Source: Marsupella aquatica
Taxonomy: Eukaryota > Plantae > Marchantiophyta
Direction of reading: 5' to 3'
Length of the DNA: 64,000 bases
Assembly (NCBI GenBank): GCA_973895155.1
Contig: OZ316891.1
Span: 2,803,801 to 2,867,800 of the forward strand
The position numbers and the translations under genes were made by a program. Every line of letters begins with the position of its first letter. The stretch's first letter is position 1. Below, in pieces: positions 1 to 13,827 of the stretch. Below the pieces are notes generated by a model. The model searched no databases, was not told the DNA's origin, and worked only from the letters and a program-made list of their open reading frames with translations.

Positions 1-1489
1 CTTGACTACATTTGTTTGCCTGATTGCTTGGAATGAGCTACACATATTTCCAGGAGTTGAAATGTATGAAGGTAGGGCCTGGGTAGGGCAAATTGAATGT
101 GTTGAATTCAATTTTTGGAAACTTTCTCAGTTTGGCAGATTTTCAGTTCCAATAATAAGCAGAGATATATGATGATGAATGTGTGTGCATTGATCTCTTC
201 CATACCATCTGGGTGTCTTCAAGAAAGTCCCACAAGTCTTTGATGAATATAAGACAAAATTTCTCCTGAGATTGTTGCTATTCTATTCATACTGAAATTC
301 AGTTGTTGGAAATTTGCATCTTTCTGGGAAGGTAATGCCCTAGATAAGGAGGAATTTTTGCTTGGATGGACCTCCAAGTTTGAGGTCATGATGAGGATGG
401 ACCAAGCATTTTTGGACACCTACAAGGGGAGCAGTTATTCAAAGGAACTGAAGGTGTTATTAAAGTAAAAAGAAACATTTAAAAGTGGTTCATCCAGATT
501 GGGGTAGTTCATCCAGGCATTTTGTCAAATGTTGTAGTCTATGGGAGTGTCAGTTTGACGTAAGGAGCTTCATTAATAAATTGTTACATAAATCTGCAAT
601 CAACACTACTCAAACACTCATGTACGAAGAGCATGTTCCCAAGATATATAGTGAGGGTCAATGGGTCATTCCTTGCTTTCATCCATCCTTCCCTTTGTAC
701 CGGGTGACCCAACAAAATAGAGGATGTCATGGTGATACAACATAATGTTTGCATGTGATTCTCATAGGGGGCTATGAGCTTATTAGGTCTGAATGCAATG
801 TTGGGGAAAAATTGCATGGCACAACGTCGCATGGAACCATGTACAACGTAAAATTGACACAGACAGAGAGATACATGGTTCACCCCATCTAGGTTACGAC
901 CATGGCAGAGAGAAGAAATCACAATGCAAACCCAATACATCTGCCATATACCATGCTCATCCTGGAACATGTTTTATTGTTTGTCTTGTAGTGATCTGAA
1001 AGTAAATAAAATATGAGAGAATAGAAGTGTTGTTATATAAGTAAAGTGCTAAGAAAAGCACAGTGACCAAAAAAAGGTACAGTCAAACGATGCTACGATG
1101 TGTGCACTTAACTCAGGGTGCCTTATGAATGACACTCCTTTCAATAAAAACCATAAACCTAGGAAAGAAAAACATGAGGAGAACTTAAGAGGCTATGCAT
1201 TCATGTTCTTCAGCATCATTTCTCTCACTCATGGTGGTGGAGTCTTTGGTTCATCTCTAAGGAAACACATACTGTGAAAGGGGGCTAAACACTCTAGAAT
1301 ACCTAAAACTAAAGGGGTCTAAAAATTAATTAAAAAAATTTAGACCCCTTGATAAGGCAGATTGAAATGAGAATACATGACACAACAATCTGAATAAGAC
1401 AAAATCTGAAATGTGCATTCACCATATAGCAGCTTCACAAATCCATAGCCATAGCCTAACAAACTTGCAAGTTAGTTGCTCTATGAGCA

Positions 1490-1758
1490 TTCCTCTCCTC
1501 CCTCTCTCTATCTCATCTCCAACTCCTGAAGACTGATCTCTAGTGTGAGCACAATGAAGTGCTCCTCCAGGGTTATACCCCCTCTCCACTAGTCTAACCT
1601 CAGCAACCTTTCTAGTGTGAGCACAATGAAGTGGGTTCCTCTCCTCCCTCTCTCTATCTCATCTCCAACTCCTGAAGAATGATCTCTAGTGTGAGCACAA
1701 TGAAGTGCTCCTCCAGGGTTATACCCCCTCTCCACTAGTCTAACCTCAGCAACCTTTT
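1490..1758. repeat. Near-identical tandem duplication of a ~120 bp unit
   Basis: TTCCTCTCCTCCCTCTCTCTATCTC...CTCAGCAACCTTT occurs at 1490-1611 and 1636-1758. A partial third copy (TCTAGTGTGAGCACAATGAAGTG) lies between them. Confidence 0.9.
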
Positions 1759-3504
1759 AACTGTGGTTAGGTTGCACCCAAGTTAACCTAACCAAGCACT
1801 AGAGTTAAGTACCAACACATAGCACATGTGGTAAGGCATAATGTTGGGTTGGATGGGAGGGTTATTCAATAACATTTATAACAAATATAAACATCAAAAT
1901 TCACAGATGAGAGGCCCTAGTCTCTTTCACCTGGATTTGTTGGGTCTAATATAATATAGTAGCATTTCAATACAATGACAGAATTTCAAGTTACTTGGAT
2001 ATATATAAATAACTCTTGATGTCTATACCTTTTGCTGGGGTCCATTTGCAGCAAGAGTTATAGTTAGTGAGTTGCTGAAATAATCTAGGCTTAGTGCCTG
2101 TAACTATACCACAACAAAAGCCAACTGATGTGAATCTTAGCCCATTATCTGTGATACAATGAGAATCATTCACCTAGAAAAGGACCACTACATAAGGGAA
2201 GCATATCACAGCCTCAAGCAACACAATTAATAACAAGCATGTGGCCAGTCTACTCAAATAAGGTGTTTATAAATTTTTAATGACTAGCACAATGCTTGTG
2301 CATTGCAAAGTATTGTCAATAATAAGTGATGTTAAGTGGAAGCATAATTGAGCATAAATGAGATGACCAGGCAGTAGGTCACTTGGAGGAGTTGGGCTGG
2401 CCATTTGATTTCAAGGAGTGTGCAGGCTACAGGGAGAGATATAGGTTGGGCATGAAATGGTGCACAATGACACCTTTAGGCCCATCGTATGGTTAGGAAA
2501 ATATTTCACAATAATCCAATAGCCATGGAGGCTTCCCACTAACATGACATTTTGTAGACAGACCATGAGAAAGAAAGAACTAAATTACATGGTATACCTA
2601 GTATTTAGATGACATACCATGCTTGTGGGAGGGAGAATAATGCTTGAAATGTCTCTTCTTCTTGGACTATACATGCAATTCTACAACTATAATAAAGGAA
2701 CCCGCCTTTTTTTGTCCTCCATCCCAATACAAAAAAGGCTCCTAGGTGGGAAGATACACAACAGTTGGATTAGATTGGCTGTTTTCCCTGACCATTGAAG
2801 AAGGAAATGTGCATCCCTGGCACATATGTGCTTCCCTCTGCCCCATAAATGCCCCGGCCCGACTCCCTATGGGCCTGTGCGTGCATAGGGCTCGTCATCC
2901 ATAAATAGAATATAAGATTATATATTTTTTGTGTACATCTTAACCTATCATCTCTCCTGCATGGCAAAGGGACCACATAGCAAAAAGGACTTATATCAGG
3001 AAAAACAATATCAAGATATTCAAAGTTCAGTATTGCTACAATAAGAAAGTTTATTGTTTTTTGGGTCATTTTAATCAATCTAAGCATTCAAAGATAGTCT
3101 TTCAATCTTCTCAGTTGTTCTCAAGTATCTTCTTTGAAAGGATGTCAACTTCGCAAGGATCCCAACTTCGCAAGTGAAATTTTTGATTCTTATGTTGGTC
3201 AATCTAATTATCCTTCTGTCTTACCTTTCTTGGACATACTTTATCACCTATAGCATAAGATAGACATGCTCATCCTTATGAGAACTCATTTATTATGATT
3301 TTCTACACCCAGGAAAATCATGCACAATCTATCATCTTTGGAGAACAATATTTCTATAGATGATGCAAAGGGGAGTTTCATAAATGATATGCAAAGTGCT
3401 TAGCATTGCAGTGAGAGTAATTGTGACCTTGATAATGGGTAGTTGTATCCATCAGTCAAGCCTCTAAAACAAAGCACTATACTGGGAATACAGAATATGC
3501 GTAC

Positions 3505-6500
3505 CTGCAGACTTTTTGAGTGGCTTGGCAGCAAAGGCTTGCGCACAGAAGCCCCTTCAGCTGATTGAGCTATTCGGTCAAGAGCTTTGTCAGCCTGATC
3601 CAAATTCAAAAATGACATGTAAGCAAGAAATGTCCCTTTGCAACCTTTTGCAGTCAGGCAAAGGGGATATATTGCATACTGATGAGTAAAAATAAGCAGA
3701 GACAAATACTATCCAAAGTTTGGCCAGTTGTTCTCATTAAGACTCAAACTGGTGATATCAATGCAAAATGGGGATCAGATCAGCACCATGAATTAAAGCT
3801 TGTGATTAAGGCACTCACCATTCTTCTCCAATTGGTACAGGAAACTAGAGTGAGTACAAAGGAAGTTTGCACAAAAATGGCCAAGACTAGTCCCATCACC
3901 AAACCCTGCAAGGCAAGAACTTTTCAAGTCATGTAAATGGCAAACTACAATATAGTTCAAAGAAATTGTCAACCAGTATGACCTGCAAAATCTCACTTTA
4001 AGAATGTTTTCATCCTGAGATCTACAATAATTTACGATAGCATTAGACAAAGGAGACAAGAGACTACTATTCCTAAAATTGGTGGAGTTTCTTGGAAATT
4101 CCTGGTTTCTATTACACTTATACCTTGCCATTGAGGTGGAGCCAGAAGGCTAAAAAGAGACAAGTTGGAATTCCAACAATATAGTAAGCTGTCAAATTTA
4201 TTGCTGCCCCAAAAGCTTGTCGTCCAGAGCCTCTTATGACACCTATGCCAAATCATTGCAGACAACGGTCAGCTTCAGTTTTACTAAAATCAGATCAATT
4301 CAATGTCTGAAACTGATAAACAAAGTAAACACCTTTTCGCAACCACATGTGCCAAGTTAGATCCCCAAGAAGTCCTACTTACCTGAGCCCACATATTGAA
4401 TGGAATCCATGAGAGTTGAACAAGCTAGAAGAGGTATCATTTCTGTGACATAATCTAAAACCTCTTCAACGTTTGTGAAGGCATGCCCCCAGAAACGGCC
4501 AAAAAGCATCAAAGCCACAAAAACAACACAACCATCAAGGGCTGCAAGACCAAAAGCAACTTTCACTGCCATCTTTGCTGCATCAGGCCTATTGGCTCCA
4601 AGCTCGTTTGAGACTCTGATACTGCACACAAGCAAACCAACAGAAAAGGTTTTGTTGTCCATTAACTCTCAATCAAAGCATGCACACAATACACCTAGCC
4701 AGTTCAAGAAGCACTCATCCTGCACATCTCTCAAATGCATTCAGTTAATAAGGAGAAACTTCAATGGGTTTGGGGATTGTTAGGCTTTTTGGCTGTTTGG
4801 TCTTATTGTGATTTTATTGGCTTTTGTTCTCCTCTTATTGGGTTTCCTACCCTTGGGATCCTGTGTTCCAGTTAGACATTTTTTGCCTTTTGGAAGTGTT
4901 ATGTATACTACAAAAGACCCTTGGACCCCATTCTGTAAGCCTGAGCCTCTTTTGAACTACTCTGCACATATATTCCCATGTCTCTCAACTTACCACTGGT
5001 CTTTTTCCCAAGTAGGTATCCAAGTTAGTCACCCTAGGTTAAATAAGGGATTATTCTCCTAGTCAAGGAGGGGTCCCTTTCCAAAGGACCATTTATGGAG
5101 GAAATGTGAAGAATCCAATCCCCCTTTCAATCTCTATCTCAATCTCTTCTCATCATGGACAAACAAAAAAAATTGCTGTCTATTTGGAAAAGGTTGGTTT
5201 GGCACTGTGGGCAACCACCTACCTAGCTGCGACACACAGGCCCAAAGGGATCATGTCCGTGAGATTGACGGTGTTCAAGGAGATTGTCAATAGTGAGAGT
5301 TCAAGGCTAGGCTTTGGCAGCAGTCCCGACGAGAGCACTAGCAGTTCAAACGACCACCACTCGAAGCAGATCATCACCACGCTAGGCACTGCCAAGCTCA
5401 AATATATTTTGATTGATCCAAATGCATCTCGAATTGCAAACCCGCCCCAACATTGACCTGAGAAATTTACACCAATTGACACGTCCAGTAAGTTTTAAAA
5501 CTTTGTCCTGGGTTGGTGAAAAATAATGCTCCCAATACCAAGAGAAAAAACCTACACTCAAAAATCATGTTCAAGTTTTGTGAGGCCCTGAAGTTCACTG
5601 ATATGGGTGACGGATGTGTGATAGGGTTAACAGCCTCATTCTAAATTTATATTATAGAAAAACTAAAATGGTTTTTTTATCCACTATCCTATTTTAATTT
5701 TCAAACCCAAAACCTTACCTTAATTTTTACCTCAACGGGGAGAGCTTTCTTAGAAGACACCCACCACACTCTCCCAAGGAAATTGTACAGGACACAACAA
5801 GGGGAGAGCTTTTGTACAATACACTCACCACACTCCCCCAAGAAAATCTTCTAATGAAGCACAATAGAAACTAGAATCAGGGCATATGGTCTAGAGTGAA
5901 CCCTCTGGACCATGACTGTTGGGGGCACAGATACCATGTCGGGTGGAACTGCAAACCTGCACTAACCATGTGTTTATGAGCAAAGCTGCGACATTCAAGC
6001 TACTGTAGTTGTGTAGGACACAAAATGGGGAGAGGTTTTGAATAGGACACACTCACCATGTGTTTATGACCAAAGCTGTGACATCGAAGCTAGTTGTGTA
6101 GGACACAAAATGGGGAGAGGTTTTGAGTAAGATAAGTCCTGGTTAGAGGGCATTGTGAGATACATTGCCCCCCAAAACTAGAACCATGGCCCAAGTTTGG
6201 AGGGGCATTATTCTCCTAATGCCCTTAACAAGGGCATTAATATATGTAAAAATGTGAATGAGTTTTTGACACCAGACAAGAAAAATTGAATTTCTAAAAT
6301 ATAAGTTTATAGTTAAACAGCCTTGCAAGATGTGATTTCTATGCAATTGACCAAAAACATGAAAAAATTGATATAATACATGTTTTGTTTTCTATGGCAA
6401 AAGTAAATCTGGGTTTATGCTTAGTACATTTATGTTGTTTTCCACATAACCCCTTATTCAAAAGAGGGGAAATTGTATGGATTTTAATGAACTCAAAAAA

Positions 6501-7856
6501 ATAAAATTATAAATCACATTTTTATATTGAAAACTAATGAATCACAAAAGTATCCAAGTAGAGGAGACTCACCACACTTCCCCGAGAAAATGGTATAGGA
6601 CAGAAGCAGCACAAACAGAAACCAATATGAGGTCACCGCCGCCATAGCCCCACCAACAAGCCCGAACCCAAGATAGTAAATGTACGTCCAGCAGACGAAG
6701 GGGTGGAGAATTGCTGTGGCGAGAGAGCTAAGAAACATTGGCATGACGAGTGACTGTGTTTGGAGGAATTTCACGAGGGGCTGAGTCATTGCGGAGGAGA
6801 GCAAGCCGGGCGAAAGGTGGCGGAGGTATGAGGCGGCGAGGCGGGAGATTTCGGGGTCTTGCCCCACAGCGAGGAGGATCTTCTCCATGTTGAACCAGAT
6901 GGCGAGAATTGGAACGACTGTGGACGTTGTCACCATGATGGACGACTGGAGGTACACTCCCAACAGGTGATACTGCTTCGCCCCGTATGCCTGGCCGCAT
7001 AGCGTCTCCAGCCCCGTCGCCAGGCCCATCTGTATCAGACAAGAAATCGCAGCCAGGCACATATCTCATCTCGGCGTCACCCATGCACAAAGAAATTTTA
7101 CTGTCTAAATAGCATTCACTGGTCAATTGAAACCCTAAGGTGGCATCCCTACGGAGACTGTCGAGAGCCAGCACCTTCCAATGCTCACCGACATCCAAAT
7201 GTCTACATTTTAACTACACATAAAACCGAAATCCAATGGCACAAACTTTTGAAGACATTCACTATCGAATCATGGAGGGAGAGCTGGTGTGGTGTATCAG
7301 AGGTAAAGCCAAAGAGTTTCTCGCATGTGGAGGGAGATGAAGAAAAAAGATTGTGAGAGTGAAGCATTCAGTGCAGAAATCCGAAAGGTCATCAGGAGAC
7401 AGCCCTAAAAATTGTGAGAAGCGAAAAGTGCAGCCCACCACGAGAGAAAGAGCAAAGCATCTCCAATGTCCATTAGACTCTGCACGAGGCAGAGAGCTTT
7501 GCGATGCAATTACATACCATTAAAGAGAAGCCAGAAACTACAGCAAAGGAATTCGCTAAGGAGACACTGGACAGCTCCACCTCGCCCAAGTGACCCACGA
7601 ACATGACAGACATGACGACGATAGAGTAGGTTAGTATGTTGCCAGCCACAATCGGCCCGGCCAGACGGCATTGCAACTTGACTTCCGCAAGCACAACGTT
7701 ACGACCTCCACCTCCACCTTCTCTTCGACTTTCGCCAGTTTTTTGAAGTGTGGTTCCAGAACCAATCCGACCTTCTATTTCTCTGGAATTGTCCTCCTCC
7801 CCCTCCACTCCATTGGATTCGGACCATCCATTCTGTGCTCCCTGTTCGGCAGCCAT
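3505..7856 (-). CDS. MATE/DTX family efflux transporter, at least 7 coding exons
   Basis: Exons joined by phase-compatible GT-AG introns: 7856-7518, 7029-6573, 5457-5223, 4621-4383, 4242-4124, 3905-3819, 3594-~3505. MATE motifs: MFVGHLGEVEL, GLETLCGQAYGAKQY, CFEWWSFELLVL, RVSNELGA, GVIRGSGRQ..GA.INL.AYY.VGIP, TNW. The 3' end is uncertain (donor at 3504 or read-through to the stop at 3400). Confidence 0.93.
5965..6125. repeat. Short tandem duplication in MATE intron 2
   Basis: CCATGTGTTTATGA.CAAAGCTG.GACAT..AAGCTA...GTTGTGTAGGACACAAAATGGGGAGAGGTTTT occurs twice, about 90 bp apart. Confidence 0.75.
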
Positions 7857-8931
7857 TGTATCTCCAGCCACTCTAGACTCTAGAGCTGGAATGTTTCCAC
7901 CCCTGCTGCTAAATCCCAGCTGCAATCTAACTAACAAGTCCAACCCATCACCAAACTGTTCGAGCTCCTGTAGGAATTGGCTCAACCTTTTCACTTTGAT
8001 TTTCACCACCAACAATCCAAGGAGATGGATGAAAAATTGTTGTCCAGTTACCTACCACGAAACAGTGTTCAATTTGCAAATTGTTCAGTGAGAGTGCGGC
8101 ATCAACCATCAGAGATATGAGGAATGCAATGGAATTGTGCTGATCCAAGGCAAGCGATGAAAAATTGCGGTATCGCTAGCTACCATCAGAGACTGTTCAA
8201 TTACCTGCCAAAACTGTTGATTGAGACTGCAGGATCAACACCAGACGTACGAATTACGCAATATCTCTGTGCTGTTTGGCTGGCTACCGTCAGAAAGTAA
8301 GTGGTCTACAATTCATCACATATTAGACAAAAATCAAGAGAAAGTTGTTGACCCTCTACGTCTCTTTAGAGCCAAAAGCCCGGCCAAAGGCAATCGGTCT
8401 GGGAATTCGGAACAACTCAAAAGGTCGTCCATTCAATCTCTCGCTTTCCCAGCACTTTCCTAATCGAAGGACTTCAGTTTTGTAGTTACGATCACAAGAA
8501 GAACAATTGAAGCTCAATCAGCGAATGCCAATTCTGAAGGCAATTTGTTACGCAACAAAATTCGGATGGTCGATGAGTGAGCTCACTTTCTAGGATTAGG
8601 ATTGCATTTTGAGCGTAAGCTTTTAGCACCGTTGCTGGAAACGATTGACTCAAAGGACCTCGAGAGCCCTGTTCTTTCCAAAGAATTTAGATGTCACCAC
8701 TCCCAGCAATGTAGTTGTTTAACTTGACTTTATTATAAGATAGTGACCCTCACAGCTTCATAGTTTCTAATGATGGTTTTTAGCCATAATTTTTTCACAG
8801 GGTGCAAAAAAAAACAACTTTTTCACGAGCTACATCATTATAGAGCTTGACTATTTTAACTTATTGAAAAATATATAAAAAACTAAGTTATACTATATTT
8901 TCTAAATTTATTAAATCACAAACTTTGTATA

Positions 8932-9124
8932 GGGGATGCAGTGGTGGAAAGTGCCCAGATATGTCCTTGAGGTCATGAGTGTAATTTTTCTTTTCCAATC
9001 AACCAACGGCCGAGAAGCAGATCTTGGAGATGCAGTGGTAGAAGAGCCCAGTTGGGTCCTTGAGGTCGTGAGTTCAAATCGAGCATGATGTAGATTTTCT
9101 TTTCCAATCAACTAACCGCCGAGA
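8932..9124 (+). mobile_element. Two tandem tRNA-derived (SINE-like) fragments
   Basis: Two copies of GG.GATGCAGTGGT.GAA...GCCCAG....GTCCTTGAGGTC.TGAGT...TTTTCCAATCAAC.AAC.GCCGAGA. The second has an A-box-like TGCAGTGGTAGA and a B-box-like GAGTTCAAATC. I could not build a full cloverleaf. Confidence 0.45.
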
Positions 9125-9799
9125 CAAGGTGGTAGAGAAATAAATGAAGTTAAAGGGGTTCAATCAATTTCTACATTGAAATAATAAATGAAATATATAT
9201 GGAGGGTTAGAGCATATGATCAATCTTGATGGCAACAAATTATGACTTACTAACTTGGTACTCCATAACTTTTTTAGGTCCCTAAACTTCTCTTAGTAGT
9301 TAAGGTGCATCAAATTTGGAGATTTTATTCCCTATTTTTTTTGTTCAAATCATGACCTAATAAATGTCAACATGATTTTGTTCAATTCCCCTAATGCTGA
9401 AAAAAATAATTTTTTGTCGACATTCAATAGGTCAAAAACACCTTCCCAATATGTTCCACCTGTGCCTCAGCCTCACCCTCTATGCCTCACCTCACCATCT
9501 GTGCCTTGCCCTCCCTAATTGTGCAATGCACAGGCATGGGCTCCTTCCTTATACTAGCATGAATGTTGAGCTTTGTTCATAAATATATGGCAAGTACTGT
9601 CATGCCCAGTTCTGATTCCACCCCCAAACTGTAGTTGTGCCCCTTGAATCAGTGTCTAGAGTCTTCACTCTAGACTTAGGCCCTGTTATCTTGGTTAGCT
9701 TTCAGTTGCACTTTATTAGATAGATTCCCAATTGTAGTCCACCTTTCATGATCTACTCAATACAGTGAAGCAGGTATAATTTATCTGGTAACAAAGAGT

Positions 9800-10690
9800 T
9801 TTGATATTTAGAATATGCTTGCAAGTAGGATTGGGCATGGAAGTTTGGGCATGGGAGCCCCTGTGCATTATAAATCCCAATTGAAGTCTACCCTTCATGT
9901 GCCCTTCCTGCGCACAAGCATGGGGCACTGCATTCTGTTTCAAACATCTTGAGTGGGTAGAATATGTTATAGCCCATGAGGACTTGATGTAGTTGTAAGA
10001 ATGTATATTAAAAAAAACAAAAGATTAGATGGGGAGTTCCCCGCCCAAAGCTTGCTAAAAGGTGGTTTACCCAGTGACACAAGAAAATGTTTGTGCTTAT
10101 AGCATGTGTTTTATTTCAAACTTCTCAGGTTCATACATGAAAAAGTAAATATTCATCTTTCTACATCTCATGTACACATCTGAGTGAATGACAGATACTA
10201 ATATGTATCACAACAAGAGGGATATGACCCAGTTAGAAATAGTTCACTTGATGAGCTCCCATGATACAATTTTTACCAAGTAGACCCCTTCTAAATGAGC
10301 AATACACTGAGCTCATCTTAAAGGCAAAATTGCACAATTTCCTACAGTGCTTTACCATGCCACTGCACACAGTTCCCTTCTGTGCTTGACCATGTCATTG
10401 CGGATCTGGTGGGAGCGATGTAATAAAGTTTCCTACTATCGCACTAAAAGATGTTTGCAAAATGCAATTTATACAACAGAAGACATTCATATGAATGTTA
10501 TCACATCTAACTACCCTAATCTCATAGTTTGGAATCCTCATAAATGCACGGCCTGTCCAAACAACTACTGTAAGAAAATGACCATTGTGCATGCCCAGAG
10601 GTTTGACCAGGCACAATCTCTGGAAATTGAGCAGGGTTTGTGCTGGCAGGGGCTCATCACCACAAATTGTGCACACTTTGCATTTTTTGG
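9800..10690 (-). pseudogene. Possible decayed KDZ/Zisupton-like (CxC-domain) transposase fragment
   Basis: Minus-strand pieces read CTICG..., H....VWTGRAFMRIP, VVRCDNIHMNVFCC.NC, then frameshifted CPAC-like and DFN(x)G motifs, in the order expected for CxC-KDZ proteins. Motif recall only. Confidence 0.28.
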
Positions 10691-11424
10691 CGAACTTTCA
10701 GTTCAGCCTTGTGGTGGGGGCCTGAAAATGTTGCCAATTTTATTTTTTGCACATACTATTCTGCGCAATGATTCTCCAAAATACAGTGTACGTACATACT
10801 AAAGAGAGTGCATTTGCAACAGTTCAGCTTTTGTGACCAAACCTCTTTGGTCACGGGCCTGGTGTTTGCAATCTTGTAAGGTGCCTCCAAGCACTAGGGT
10901 ACAACTTTTGACACAAAGAAAACAATGATGTTGTGATATTAAGAATAAAGTAGCCGTCCTGTTTGGTACCATATGCCCTACCATCTTGCCCATAATGACA
11001 TAAAAAACAGTGTCATAATGATGAAGTTAAAGCCACATGGACCTCCAGGATTGACCAAAAGGACCTGGATGGGCCACACAAGTTTTTTTTGGAAACTGAA
11101 TTATCTCATCCCCAGATGATTTGCAAGGCACTTTGGCCTAACGCACCAACCCCACCCTACCCAGCCCTACCCTGCAATCGGCGAGACTGGGCGACCTTGG
11201 ACCACACAACTTTTGAGATCTAAAATTGCGAGCATTCATACAATGAAAGGTACAATCTAAAAAACATATAACATGTCAAGGGAGTCCATTCAAGTTCTTT
11301 ACCAAATATGGTTCCTAGATGCATTTCAATTGACATAGTCCCCTCATTACTTCCTTCAAACAAATGGACAGATGGGAGGCCTTATTATTATCCAAGAGCC
11401 TTCACTAGCTGGGGAATCACTTGC

Positions 11425-13420
11425 ACATTACTGTTTAATACAAAGATAGTTTCACTGACACTCTATCCAGTGTAGATCTAATTGCACTAACTACAGTCAA
11501 CAGTGTAGACTCTTCAAAATTTATGGTTTAGGCAAATTGTACGATTGATGCTCGTCAAGAATGTTAGCAGTAACACTAATCATTGACAATTAATCTTATT
11601 TACAAATATAGTGTAACTAATACTATTTTCTATGAGGGTCCTAGCTAGTCTCAAGTGGCACACTAAGAGCACTCCCAGTGGACCACTATTAAGTGGCTGG
11701 GAGTGACTTTAGTGAGGGAAGCCTGCAGGAGCCAGTTTTGGAACCCCACTATACACAGCTCAGAACACCCCAGTGTCGGGCCCTCCAATTTCTCCTTCTG
11801 AGGCCAGCAGTCATGTGCTCCAGTATCTAGTAGGACACAGCCAGGCAAGACCAATTGATGGATATGTTTGGCCCCAGTTTTGATTGGGCATCTCTGCAAC
11901 AATTTCAGCTTTTTCTTGTGATGTGAGCAATCAACCTTTGCTCACTTGGTGTGATGAAGGGGGGACCAGTGGGGCAGCGCATTGGATCTGGCCTGAACTA
12001 GGACACACGGGCACCACACGAGCTTGCAAACAGCCCAATGGCGGATCTGCGTGGTGGGTATGAGTGGGAGTGCTGTAACTACGATCAACTCTTCAAGGTT
12101 TAAAGTTCAGGCAAACAAGGTGATTGGCACCCTTCAATTAATGTAACCAGTAACACTACTTTAATCACAGGCAACTACTCTTAATACCAAGATACTTTTG
12201 TGTCCAATGTGGGCCCAATGTTTGGCAAACTGACCTTGTAAATTCTTTAGGGTTTTGGCACATAGTGTCATTGACTCTCTTTAGTTAATGCTAGAGCTAA
12301 CACTAATTTAGTCACTGGCAATTATTCTTCATACCAAGATAGTGTTACTCAAACTATTTTCTGTGTGGGTCCAGTTTTGGTGCGCTAAATCAGCTAAACA
12401 GTGTAAGCCCTTAGGGATTAGGCAGATAGCCTGAATGACGCTCTTCAATTAATGCCACTGGTAACACTAATTTAATCACTGGCAATTCTCACAATATGAA
12501 GATAGTGTTGCTAAAACTATTTTCTATGTGGGTCCAATTTTTGGCTTACCAACTCTGGTAAATTCATAGGTTTTAGGCAAATAATATGATTGACACTCTT
12601 CAATATATTAATGCCACCTTTAAGACTAATTTAATTACTAGCAATTACTCTTAAATTTCCCCTACTCATATAAAAGGGGGAAGAGTCTAGCAAGTCTCCC
12701 ATTTTCATATTCCTTTCATTCTTCTCCTCTCTTGTGCCATTTTGGCTCCACCATTTCAAGAAAGTTTATTATTCATGGTGGATCCATGTTTTGTCACGGC
12801 TAGTGGTGGTTAAATACAAAATGAGTTTTCTGAAAAGTTTTTCTGTGTGGGACCTATTTTTTGGGCACTAACTACTACAAACAGTGTGAACTCTTAGAGT
12901 TTAGGCAAATACTGTATTGACGCTCTTCAATTAACGCCACCTTTGAAATGGTGTTACTAAGACTATTTTCTGTCTAGTCCAATTTTTGGCGCACTAACTA
13001 CGGCTTCTCAAAGCTTGGAAATTATGGATGATGTCATTTAATCATAAAAAATAGGTCATAATTTTTTCATAAGACTTTGTCAAAGTTTTTTCTATTTTCT
13101 CTTTCACAGCTTCTAGAGTGCCTCTAGAGTGATTAATGATTATGGCATAAGACCAAACTTTAATGGTACAAAGTTATACACTATAAATTTTATAGTCCAT
13201 AAATTTTTGTGTGCATAATTTATGTGTGAATAATTTATATTAGTGAGTTAAAGTACATCAAATTGCCAACTTTGAACCCTACACTATAATGTCAGGGTTT
13301 AGGCAAATAGTGTATTGACGCCCTTTAGTGTACCACTAATTCAATCTGGTACTAACACTGTTCCCTGTGGGTCCGATTTTTGCCGCAGTACGTAAATAGT
13401 GTTATCTCTTTAGGGTTTAG
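11425..13420. repeat. Diverged array of about 8 units (~120-165 bp) upstream of NOC2, interrupted by insertions
   Basis: The landmark GG(G)TTTAGGCAAATA followed by ATTGACGCTCTTCAATTAATGCCAC...AACACTAAT...AAGATAGTGTT...CTATTTTCT.TGTGGGTCC recurs near 11526, 12110, 12250, 12413, 12569, 12899, 13295 and 13413. Confidence 0.75.
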
Positions 13421-13654
13421 GTCTCCCACTGATGTTCGTGACATCCAAGATGACATCCAAGATTTATGGTGTCGAAGGATCTGCGATTTCAGTGTTCCCC
13501 GATGTCGTTCGCAAAGGGTTGAGAGGTTTAGGGTTCGGTCCATGTCCTGTCTATGTAACCGAAAGTCTTGGTGCAGAATGAGCAGAATTACATTCCCATT
13601 TGAGTTTTGATCAGGATTTGGCATTGACAGGACATAGGGTTTCAGAGGGTTTAG
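13294..13654. promoter_or_regulatory. Cluster of telo-box-like motifs (AAACCCTA, reverse strand) upstream of NOC2
   Basis: AGGGTTT/TAGGGTTT-type motifs at 13294, 13410, 13528, 13635 and 13646. Telo-boxes are typical of plant ribosome-biogenesis gene promoters. Confidence 0.55.
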
Positions 13655-13827
13655 ATGGGAATTACATCGAAAGGGAATTGCAAAAAGTGGGGAAACGGTG
13701 CTGAAATCCTGCGCTGGGAATCAACACGCAGACCTTGATACCAATTCCCAGCGAAATCCGGAGCGAAATGAGTTCAAATTAACAGTTCTGGTATTTGTTG
13801 CGTTTGGTTGTCTGGTAGGGTGCAGAG

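Noticed and set aside
219-1000. Possible MULE/FAR1 SWIM-finger remnant (CLCQFYVVHG..PC) on the minus strand
   Set aside because: Only one degenerate motif that needs frameshifts, with no transposase core or TIR visible.
7857-8015. In-frame N-terminal extension of MATE exon 1
   Set aside because: The ORF track starts at a non-ATG codon. The first ATG is at 7856, so this is most likely 5' UTR.
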